A DNA stretch of 64,000 bases, from positions 26,227-90,226 of the forward strand of contig CAMYOL010000010.1 of the NCBI GenBank assembly GCA_947260005.1, written 5' to 3'. Of the stretch, positions 53,501 to 59,277 are shown piece by piece; the first letter of the stretch is position 1; every line of letters starts with the position of its first letter. This DNA comes from an uncultured Ectothiorhodospiraceae bacterium. Lineage in GTDB: Bacteria > Pseudomonadota > Gammaproteobacteria > UBA6429 > Thiohalophilaceae. A model generated the notes under the pieces. That model saw only the letters and a list, made by a program, of their open reading frames with translations. It did not search any database and was not told where the DNA came from. A program made the position numbers and the translations under genes.

Positions 53501-54220
53501 GGATAGATCCACGGTCCCCATGATTTCAGCATCAAGACCGAACAACCAGTTACTATCGTTATCAAATACCAGGGAATTTTCAAAACGCGGGACCAGTGTC
53601 CCTTCCTTGGGGGGATCAAATAATGATTCCATGTCGGTAATGGCATCACTAACATGCTTATATTCAGATGCATTTTTCAAACGTAGTCGTTGACCAAGTC
53701 CTAAAAAATTGAGCTGAAACAGAAGATCTTTTTGTGGTGGAGGCGTCGGTGGCCCATCTGCACCAACCAGGTTCCAGCCTTTTTGATCAAAATTATCACC
53801 AAACACAGTACCGTCGAACTTGATTCCCACCTCGTGTACCGACTTTGCATCGATGTATACCCGTCGCAGATCGAGCAGGCCAGGTACTCCAAACTTAAAA
53901 TCAGTTTCAAAACCGATAGCTTTTTTTTCCGTGTTATATGACAGAACCACATTTTGCAGCTCAACACTCAGAATTTTGTCCCATGGAAATGGCAGGTTGA
54001 GTTGATATGTTGGTCGCACCAGGTGAATAATATCTTCAATGATTTGCTTTAGCGACAAGGTTCCCAGACTGGCCGATAGAATTATTTCTTTTTTACCAGA
54101 CTCTTTACCCTCCTCTTCACTATCTTTTATGGTGCCTGACAATATCACCTGCCGTTCGCCCAGGCTCAGGAAGGCATTAAGGGTAAATTCATAGTGATAC
54201 CTAGGTGTTTTATCGGTCAT
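44504..54220 (-). CDS. Giant 3238-aa hypothetical protein. It has an N-terminal module similar to the two small upstream proteins, a Gly/hydrophobic beta-rich domain, 14 LysM-like units, and about 1650 aa of unassigned C-terminal sequence.
   Basis: Complete ORF in the track. LysM-like units repeatedly show the consensus Y/H-x-V/I-x-x-G/D-D-T-L-x-S/T-I, for example YVIQKDDTLASIFEKFGL, YVIKEGDTLNSII, HVIDEGDTFSRILKKYGL and YKIEEGDTLAGILEKHG. No signal peptide is evident. A proline hinge GPPTPPPQK lies near aa 155. Confidence 0.9.
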   Translation of the reverse strand: MTDKTPRYHYEFTLNAFLSLGERQVILSGTIKDSEEEGKESGKKEIILSASLGTLSLKQIIEDIIHLVRPTYQLNLPFPWDKILSVELQNVVLSYNTEKKAIGFETDFKFGVPGLLDLRRVYIDAKSVHEVGIKFDGTVFGDNFDQKGWNLVGADGPPTPPPQKDLLFQLNFLGLGQRLRLKNASEYKHVSDAITDMESLFDPPKEGTLVPRFENSLVFDNDSNWLFGLDAEIMGTVDLSIVFNDPVLYGLFISLKGEKAKSLAGLQFEILYKKITDDIGVYQIELVLPAYIRSMEFGAVSVTLPQIGVDIYTNGNFKTDFGFPRDLDFSSSFAVQVFPFVGFGGFYFAVLNGATSSRLPVSSNGTFNPVLEFGIGLQLGVGKVIDKGILQATAIITFIGVVEGTLAWFNLNKPSSIPEKYESFYYRLSGTFAIVGRISGTVNFAIISATLDMTVYAAATVVIEACEPIELSFIAGVSVSLRFSINCGLFTIHIRLSFSTSISYQFKIGNSNEKAQWKALPSVGTKALDIENGSHSAVLERLDEHAAHQSIPLDWRHNFEQDEPELIEIYYLTQFTATADDKNEQSAAIAMLFARYSNNPGKQSISDSKINSHNFRELLPFEQIAVAAFCWALNAAKETPINTLADLFDSNVTAVKLANILFTLEQTQKSREVPFTDGQLSKFIHSLFILNIIDPYDKDVIEELRKEPGLEYEDKNPLLHLALFPMIPGLTLQALGMDEIVFSTHNQVSENYRATIDELINRFSVELPEDKRKPGFESEGEPEPESQSLATLLFRDYFLLLIKSLLQSARDALESYHHNISEGETLYSITQKYSPAESDANPADVISVGITNAISDTILKEGAEMHVSGTQYVIQKDDTLASIFEKFGLLKSADSISDMLRKQIITLSGAKPIFITGEKIDVRNVSQVEDDYKDYVIKEGDTLNSIIENKKLDEAQTTLLLNANLNTKGILVTGETVTISTDDHVIDEGDTFSRILKKYGLLKEGEAVGKIRLDQVYEYNIDKKIFTEDKVINVGGKTHKLTVDDTLSSVLQVFDLNEIKDEPGILQADKIITLPIDIRIEEDDTLATVLKRYSRLNGAEPLLKDAESIKDSLRKQLLVFNGDKELFIVDKNIDINGAPYRFKKNDSLNSIINDFDLNDHHTGLWLNSIKDKSAILNPGEILIIPAAHYSVVSGDTIATVLEKEKYDFDIPGSISEDSVRLIVELNGDKAIFKKTDGNNESDRKLTESDTYYSMLRSEKIFSLIKNIKDEPDTLNAGKILTVEKIKHPVETNDTLAQIVKKYNLELTGDEIQKERQVKNLVKQLLFDKNKNRKLFLSAQITIDGEEQVVLKEGDSFKSIIDRYGLDDAKIMSLIDAIYKRPETLIPKANIDVRVLYKIEEGDTLAGILEKHGRIKQKKSISHEFANDFFELNLHEKIFIQEGVTLDSMFLRFRLEESTIDRLLDELKNARLKKFKQILLPRIKHNVNKNETLLSIANVYNIALSDLILENQRNDILQTDETMIVEHACHLPVDELLHNMYLNDAFGHAAGTASRFFMSGLRLPNKICKDKEQNDAGTSSLYNLTGQQFVFNLQKESGKPVQNEVILTKTPARNTSEELKWVIFNGQIDDSAQDSRQSAQLVHKFEKNGDKAKAIELRTAENYQQFIAAFSPEIILGPVTIKLYNDQLKTFPFSNPILWQREASTDSKTDNNKSSITPYIWRFPPGLRTARHKKPELSMVIGTQPRKDVALQKLYLEEAEFNWSTLLPITIRKIPQDGSSNEITNNTYEVYGTDAAGIELLTDLVKLVNLNKGVIENTQILFPSNPQENETEGLQSYNEFCTTLLINTNLSTESNPDTLTTNASDGSGTPGTTAEEMIKRLWKASLVRTGGFYLYIKSRDGDGIPDTLFNDDQLAEIFLLINYQKSKQITPYMNSVTINHFIDTQQSVLFAEWLVGTDEDEKIIEPETRLKEGKIVRVPAILPGHAGFKIERKNPHVRYSDGAGRLVPSKMFEYQFETQYDLLDFTIKEGGIFKETGEGLAVGPEKDYCPKDATKSQPDEETDDLTASWKYKRVFPLIKLVKKEHRSPSRYIGLNQSLTMEFGWRDNYGNQVKQPDFILDFKIKYFDYLIALSQWPHFYVNYEFVKTENNKGNIQINFHFNPGDEYVPKTDNTESGYDAESIIGLKDKVESDLDLYQKALDQIQQKDVQFSYTVSMSKQYIKKNGTMIPSFSSYPQTKNKAGKLKDAIGCQLTVIVSKLSALFAILKTISEEIEDKINMQETVKNHTIPLITEKLYEWTEEITEPFNPDDIFPLEIILRIARDKKLVDKAFVHVPEVQTVNTIIKPKTESKAILSIADNDKVLVDELNKKILPEKLRDELKSLEVNGLQNIDWGEEEPFKITVKQEGREWRLNAAGQTYTIREDKREINIYRSGAGYRAMADVFQNLYPGMKLCTAYTKGKQQQELWVVRISSNTNHDGIGYSIKYKQAAFYAPQPLSTHLVTLENVPIYPYAEYKVAPTQKDLKRKSFSMIDPEVWAIDYLEAMETILSPEYSIPITMLDHYLDNKNENAFLRRMLNAKHKVAEAIAYQTIPILKDLDEKGLGVAREKLKQQLLINLLDGYKTNAIVQYNADIVSKYPDVSNPLFEVAPNLYGQPYVIIDEKSPSKIKDNDDDANFSLSTGKVALNGTDKDKQKSNNSFLTYLFNTQTENYQSEISLKIDYKVNHLEYDIRKLGDKVDQTDVDDIKNYSVSKWLSFIKPFSDSKDIITPVPIPIRSYPKLPDWVSQQFNAEIQKKDDVLNIEQAKKIDYEFSYVLPQYVAQDRQHLEVLFNCKNINKYVEDEERLARSTLLSKNNYDMIKLDRLLHESLAQFNEAKELIFNDLKYLLPQFNADNSKQSNLVKLLDSYCTLVNSVATSWHDRFNPNKASGQSGSEPDVVAVNFVLEEGFMESEDNNKKPGRFQIVMTDWLATEGPEKKKIDYISKPVVTIEKYHTEVKHIEKENKVVFYFFNEEKPGGKKYLEFDGEDEAVPPLARTIKFDYLDVLLLQNAWPGLHVERNANLSSDKEKKTSDEFIYKTPMSRFVNPLTPLVERSNELDISSLIQQSEPDLTTVLAALLNELLSVKPQNKIRPTTLKIILSYSYRNIEKTGPEIMLPCFLIPPKEINDTNKDAEIKSLANAITNWFEKHQPVLTDGKLHFDTTFYSLLADNDLPILRLSGLFLEVDKINTFSQMSYAEA
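49650..51775 (-). repeat. Protein-level array of 14 LysM-like units, arranged as 7 alternating A-B pairs, inside the 3238-aa protein
   Basis: The first unit was read at 51721-51787 (ALESYHHNISEGETLYSITQKY). The last unit, HNVNKNETLLSIANVYNIALSDLILENQRNDILQTDETMIVE, is at about 49660-49790. Type-A units end in ...lrkQll.fNGdk.lF...idv. Type-B units end in ...ikdkp.iL.pG.il.lP. The DNA copies are diverged. Confidence 0.75.
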
Positions 54221-54388
54221 GCGCTTGTGATGTTATACCTTGTTAGTATTTAGTTAATGGCTTGCCCAATATATTTTTGTTTTATCGGGTTTCCCTACCA
54301 CGTAATTATGTAATTCAACTATGTTATTAATAATCTTTTATTGTTTCTTTTTTATAACCGAACACCTGTAACGTTTCCCTCTCTCAAT

Positions 54389-54862
54389 TCAAACGTTGTT
54401 TTGCTCATCGGCGTTATCTTTGGGTGTAACTTCTACCAGTAATGCCACACCATCGATCTGAATTGGTCCAATCTTATTAGCGATCTTGATCGAGTTAATT
54501 TCCATTTCTTTTGATATACTCCAGCCGATCCCGAATTTCTTCTGTTTTGTCTCGTTGTTAATTACAAAATCAGTTATAGCGACGTTATAATTTGTCGTAA
54601 AAATCTTTAGGGGTGGTACAGTTTTTAATACTGATTCATTGACCGCGCCGATCATCTTTTCAGGTTCCACCCCCTTACTCGCCACACCCAGCTTTTGACT
54701 TATAATTTTGATGGCCTCTTTGGGCGCTCCCAATAAATACTTTTTTTCAAATTTATCCAGGTGCCATTCACATATTTTTTTGTAGATAGCGCTTAATTTA
54801 AGAGGAATTTCAATTGTGCCAATTGTGATCGTCCGGCATTCAGAAGACTTTTGCGTCATCAC
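54389..54862 (-). CDS. Small hypothetical protein (157 aa), paralog of the gene immediately upstream
   Basis: Complete ORF. The likely ATG at 54859 overlaps the upstream TGA as TGATG. Motifs shared with the 154-aa neighbour: AITDFVINNETKQKKFGIGWSI versus VITDFVINTQDKVYEFGLGLRF, and KIGPIQIDGVALLVEV versus KLGPVSFDGISVLVKA. There is no signal peptide. Confidence 0.8.
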   Translation of the reverse strand: MMTQKSSECRTITIGTIEIPLKLSAIYKKICEWHLDKFEKKYLLGAPKEAIKIISQKLGVASKGVEPEKMIGAVNESVLKTVPPLKIFTTNYNVAITDFVINNETKQKKFGIGWSISKEMEINSIKIANKIGPIQIDGVALLVEVTPKDNADEQNNV

Positions 54863-55323
54863 TTCTCTCTCGCCTTGACCAATACAGAAATACCATCAAA
54901 CGACACCGGACCCAATTTATATTTGCTTTCTCCAGTAGTTTGATCGATAAAACGCAGACCTAAACCAAACTCGTAAACCTTGTCTTGAGTATTAATGACA
55001 AAATCCGTAATAACCAAATCATTCCCCAATATCACTTGTACAGCTGGGCCTACGAACTCTATTTTCTGTACAGATTCAATTTCTTTTCTTATCTTATTTT
55101 CTAATTCATATTTATTATCGGCACCTTTGTCTCCTAAAATATTACCGACCTTTCCACCTATCCTGGGGATGGCATTTTCCAATGTACCAAGTGATACCGC
55201 TGAATTAAAAGACTCGGCATGGTATATAAAAACCGGTTTTTTTATATCCTCAGCAGTTAACGCAATTTGTCTCTTATCGAATGTCAGATAGGCAGTGGCG
55301 CCGTAGGTCATATCATAGTTCAT
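54859..55323 (-). CDS. Small hypothetical protein (154 aa), paralog of the gene immediately downstream
   Basis: Complete ORF with AAAGGAGC 7 nt before the ATG. The paralogy is described in the previous entry. There is no signal peptide. Confidence 0.8.
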   Translation of the reverse strand: MNYDMTYGATAYLTFDKRQIALTAEDIKKPVFIYHAESFNSAVSLGTLENAIPRIGGKVGNILGDKGADNKYELENKIRKEIESVQKIEFVGPAVQVILGNDLVITDFVINTQDKVYEFGLGLRFIDQTTGESKYKLGPVSFDGISVLVKAREK

Positions 55324-55347
55324 GGTGTATGCTCCTTTGTTCAGTCA

Positions 55348-58300
55348 TTAGTCAGGTTGGTGTGGTAGTAATGTTGCATTGGTCTCACCTGATAGTGCTG
55401 CGTTATTGTTTGGTTTTTCTTCCTGTTCCGTTTTTTCACGTTTATAGGCACCAAACCAGGCCAGGTTTCCGGTGTCAGATGCATCACCAGTTTCTTTTTT
55501 TGTTGGAGTTGGATCACCAAATAAATAAAGCAAGGTATTGCCGGAACGCGGAAACTTTAATCCCAACAGGCTCACCTTGATATTGGTGAATAACATGGCA
55601 TATTGCGACTGTTTCGGATCTTTCTCCAGGCGGATAGACTCGGTGACCAATTTGAGTACCCCTTGGAGGCTGAACTGCTTACCGCCCCCGCCTGAGAATG
55701 GGGTCTTGATCCAGACCTCGACGGCCCGGCTTTTGATTCCCGGGCTCCAGCTAATTAACAGTTTGGCATCAAAACCAGCCTTGGCCGCCAGGGCCCCCAT
55801 GGTGCCCAGGCTCAAATTAAACTGCAGGCCATACCAGGTCGATTTAATCGCGTTATAATTTAGGGGCGCTTCGACACGTTGATAACCAAGAGAAGATGGA
55901 GTCATATCAGTTAATCCACTATCTTTCGATGCCCCTGGTATTGGGCTAAAGTGCTCGATGGATTCCAGAGTAATGGGAAAATGTTGCACCAGGCTGCCAT
56001 CGCGCAGTTTACTTTCGGAAGGTTCCAGCTGCATCTCTGCGGGCTTGAATGTAAATTGCTTGCTCTGCTCGTCGAAACTCATATCGATGTAGAGCGAGAA
56101 AAAACTAATGTTGTCGTAAGACAATATATCAACATCTTGCAGCGCCTGCATGGCGATGTTCCCTGACAGGGCAAAGCGTGTTGTTATTCTTCCATCCGTA
56201 TCCTCCGCTGATTCGTCCGAATTCAGCGTTGACAATTCGACGCTATGTATATTCACCGAACGCAGTGCAGTACTGTGTAATTCCAGGGTGTTTTCCGCCA
56301 GTTGCCTAAATGTGTAGGAGGTACTGCCGTCATGCTTGTCATACAGGCCATCCAATACAACACTGTGTTTATTGATAGCCAAGACTTCAATGGCCGGCAG
56401 CAAAAGCCGTTTACCTGGTTGCAAAATATCAGTCTTGTCTTTTATGTCGTTAAGCAAACCAATGGCTTGCGATTTATCCAGACTGAATTTTTCTGCAATC
56501 GTATTAAGCGTATCCCCATCTTCCAGTCCATATTGTTCAGCATCGATGTTAATCACTTTACTCTTCACAAAGATCGCCCTATGGCCATTTCTGTCAAGCA
56601 ACTCATCGAGTACGCCGTCTCTCACCGGAACGTCTTTGTCAACGAACAGACCTTTTTCTTCTAGTATCTTACCGATGCTGTCGGTTTCCCTTATAACATA
56701 GTAAGTGCCCTCATTAGTCACCGGCTCATGGAACAAGCTGTTCATGCTTAATTGGATCTTGCAATTAAAATCAGCGATCGCAGAATGTTTGAACAACACC
56801 TGTAGCTGCAGGACTTTAAAATCATAGTCCCCTGGTACTTGGGGCAAAGAAACTGATCTCAGTTTTTGACCTGTCTCCCTTTGAGCCTGCAACTTTTTTT
56901 CATACATGGTGTCGACATAATTAATTAAACCAAACATCGAACTCTTGAAATGCTTATCCAGTTGACCGTCGGTTATTTTGATTTGATTAGAATTGATGCC
57001 GATGTGATGGGCCGCAAAACGGTTTTTATCAATGCCGGCGGCAATACCCTTGATAGCCTCCGGCATATCGCCTATAGGTATCGTGACCTGTAAGGCTAAA
57101 ATTCCATTCCAATTTTCATCGTTAACTTTATCCCAAAAGTCTTTATAGGCTTGACGAACTAGAGTACGTTCATTTTGGTCCTGCACACTATCTTTTTCAG
57201 GGTCTATCTTTTCGATGTATTTACTTATCCACTCTGCGAGTTTATTTAATTTTGTTTTATCATTGAATTTATCTGGCTGTGTCCAGAGTGCTGGCTCCTT
57301 TAACCGTTCAACCAGATTATGACTGCAAAACTTGAAGATGAGGATATTACTGAAATCCTCGGATGAGTTGCCATCGGACTCTTCACCAATCACATCCAGA
57401 ATAAATGGCCATTCTGCAATAGCAATCTGATTCTGGAATTTCTTCCTAAAATATTTCTCAACTTTTTCATCGATAGGATTACTGATGACAAGAAACTGTT
57501 CGTTGGTCTGGAAGGCGCTCTGTAAATGGTTCGGTGGTTTTTTAAACCTTAGTGGTGGCTGTTCTGAACTTTGATCATTAGCCAGGATAATGGATTGCCA
57601 TTTTTTTTCTGGATCATCCTTAACAAAATCGACTAAAAAACCCTGTGGAGTCGTCGTCAGTTCAATATCAGCTTCGGCTGTTGTACTAACTGACTGGGCG
57701 CTATGAGTGTGTACGAAAGAATCATTACTTGTGAAGTAATCAATAGTCTGTTTGCGCATTGGATTGAGAATCTGTTTCTCGAACTGCAGAAATTGATCTG
57801 CGGTGCGATAATCGGGCCAGATCGGCGCTGCCGCTACAGGCACCAGTGGAAAACAATCCTGACTTGCATCGCTGTTTTTCAGGTTGGCTGAAGGTGCGTC
57901 GAATATATCCAATCGGTTATAACTATTGTCTGTCTCCATTTTGTCCGGTGCCTTGAACAGCGGTGCATCCTGTGGTTGGGAATAATAAAAATTTTCGTAT
58001 CCTGCTTTATTTGGATATTGTGTTCGAATGCTGACCCAAGCGGTGGTACGTGTCTCCTTCAGTAAACGGCCTGATTTGTTATTACTAGCATTAGCAGGAT
58101 CGAAGGGAATGATTGGAAAAGTCGGTGAAAATGCAGGGCTTCGTGGATGAAATCGAATAATGTCGCCCTGATTAAAGCTAATAGTCTCCGTACCAGATAG
58201 TCCACATAACAGGTGATGAAGGTTTGTTGTCTCGCCTTGCACATTTAAATTGAAATCGCCTTGCGGTACTAAATAAAAGTTGCCTTTCTCAACTAGTTGA

Positions 58301-59277
58301 CTGAATACCAGCATGGCCGGATGGCTATCTTTTTGTTCGGCGGCCGGCGTCAAGGTAATGGGCTTACCGAAACGTGTACGCAAATAGCTGCTTAATGCGG
58401 CAACCTTTTCACCGCTTGAAAATACCAGACCGGTGCGCAGCGTAGCATAATTAGTGGATGCTTGAGTGACCGCAGTCTCGCTATTGAGTGGGTTAATAGG
58501 ATCGAGGGCTACTTTAAAGTGCCAGTTACTTTCTTTGGTGTTTCTTTCAAAAAGCAGAAAGTGTATATACAAATTCTTCCAGAAATAACTAAAGCCAGCT
58601 TTCAGTTCATCCAGTTGTGTACCATTGAGTGAAACATTAAAACGAAAACAACCCTGTTGCGCATGCCCATCGGCCAACATTAATTCCACGTCCTTTTCTA
58701 TAGCAACACCCACACCAATTTCAAAATTATTTTCACCTTCTTTTAAACTAAATATAAGACCATGGTTATTGAGACGAACTTCAGTCCCCTGTTCAAGATT
58801 TAATTTAAATGTACTAATAGTAATAGTATGCGGTCGTTTTGTTGTACCATATTTATTATCATCACTTAGCTCGACATTTAATATATCATATCGACTAACA
58901 TCAGTTTCTAGATCACGGTACCAGGCAAAGCGCAGCATGTTCTTTTGTTTAGTCTGGGGATTATTATTAACAAACAATTCCTTTAATACCTTGTTGATGA
59001 ATTTTTCTTTTGCGTCTTTACTATCCGGTAAATCGGGAAAAAAAAGATAAATTCCGGGATAATTTTTGAAATTAGTCCAGCTTTCTTCTAGTGTCAGTAC
59101 AGACGGAGCCATATCAATTTTATCTGTAACCATTAAGTAGCCGTGACGAGCTGCTTCAGGGTGTTCCTTCGGCAGGTAAAACACTGCCTGATCTACGCTA
59201 ATTATGCGCTTATAAAATAAAGCCTTATCGGAAGTGCTGGTGAGTTCACCTGTGGTCATGTCACCACCTGAGGTCAT
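55348..59277 (-). CDS. Large 1309-aa hypothetical protein with one A-B di-LysM cassette and a Gly/hydrophobic beta-rich C-terminal domain
   Basis: Complete ORF. LysM A is at 56650-56708 (GTYYVIRETDSIGKILEEKG). LysM B is at 56436-56535 (QYGLEDGDTLNTIAEKFSLDKSQAIGLLNDIKD...ILQPGKRLLLP). The C-terminal segment at 55741-55840 reads TWYGLQFNLSLGTMGALAAKAGFDAKLLISWSP. The start is either the ATG at 59277 (17-nt overlap with the lipoprotein gene) or the ATG at 59259 just after its TGA. There is no signal peptide. Confidence 0.85.
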   Translation of the reverse strand: MTSGGDMTTGELTSTSDKALFYKRIISVDQAVFYLPKEHPEAARHGYLMVTDKIDMAPSVLTLEESWTNFKNYPGIYLFFPDLPDSKDAKEKFINKVLKELFVNNNPQTKQKNMLRFAWYRDLETDVSRYDILNVELSDDNKYGTTKRPHTITISTFKLNLEQGTEVRLNNHGLIFSLKEGENNFEIGVGVAIEKDVELMLADGHAQQGCFRFNVSLNGTQLDELKAGFSYFWKNLYIHFLLFERNTKESNWHFKVALDPINPLNSETAVTQASTNYATLRTGLVFSSGEKVAALSSYLRTRFGKPITLTPAAEQKDSHPAMLVFSQLVEKGNFYLVPQGDFNLNVQGETTNLHHLLCGLSGTETISFNQGDIIRFHPRSPAFSPTFPIIPFDPANASNNKSGRLLKETRTTAWVSIRTQYPNKAGYENFYYSQPQDAPLFKAPDKMETDNSYNRLDIFDAPSANLKNSDASQDCFPLVPVAAAPIWPDYRTADQFLQFEKQILNPMRKQTIDYFTSNDSFVHTHSAQSVSTTAEADIELTTTPQGFLVDFVKDDPEKKWQSIILANDQSSEQPPLRFKKPPNHLQSAFQTNEQFLVISNPIDEKVEKYFRKKFQNQIAIAEWPFILDVIGEESDGNSSEDFSNILIFKFCSHNLVERLKEPALWTQPDKFNDKTKLNKLAEWISKYIEKIDPEKDSVQDQNERTLVRQAYKDFWDKVNDENWNGILALQVTIPIGDMPEAIKGIAAGIDKNRFAAHHIGINSNQIKITDGQLDKHFKSSMFGLINYVDTMYEKKLQAQRETGQKLRSVSLPQVPGDYDFKVLQLQVLFKHSAIADFNCKIQLSMNSLFHEPVTNEGTYYVIRETDSIGKILEEKGLFVDKDVPVRDGVLDELLDRNGHRAIFVKSKVINIDAEQYGLEDGDTLNTIAEKFSLDKSQAIGLLNDIKDKTDILQPGKRLLLPAIEVLAINKHSVVLDGLYDKHDGSTSYTFRQLAENTLELHSTALRSVNIHSVELSTLNSDESAEDTDGRITTRFALSGNIAMQALQDVDILSYDNISFFSLYIDMSFDEQSKQFTFKPAEMQLEPSESKLRDGSLVQHFPITLESIEHFSPIPGASKDSGLTDMTPSSLGYQRVEAPLNYNAIKSTWYGLQFNLSLGTMGALAAKAGFDAKLLISWSPGIKSRAVEVWIKTPFSGGGGKQFSLQGVLKLVTESIRLEKDPKQSQYAMLFTNIKVSLLGLKFPRSGNTLLYLFGDPTPTKKETGDASDTGNLAWFGAYKREKTEQEEKPNNNAALSGETNATLLPHQPD

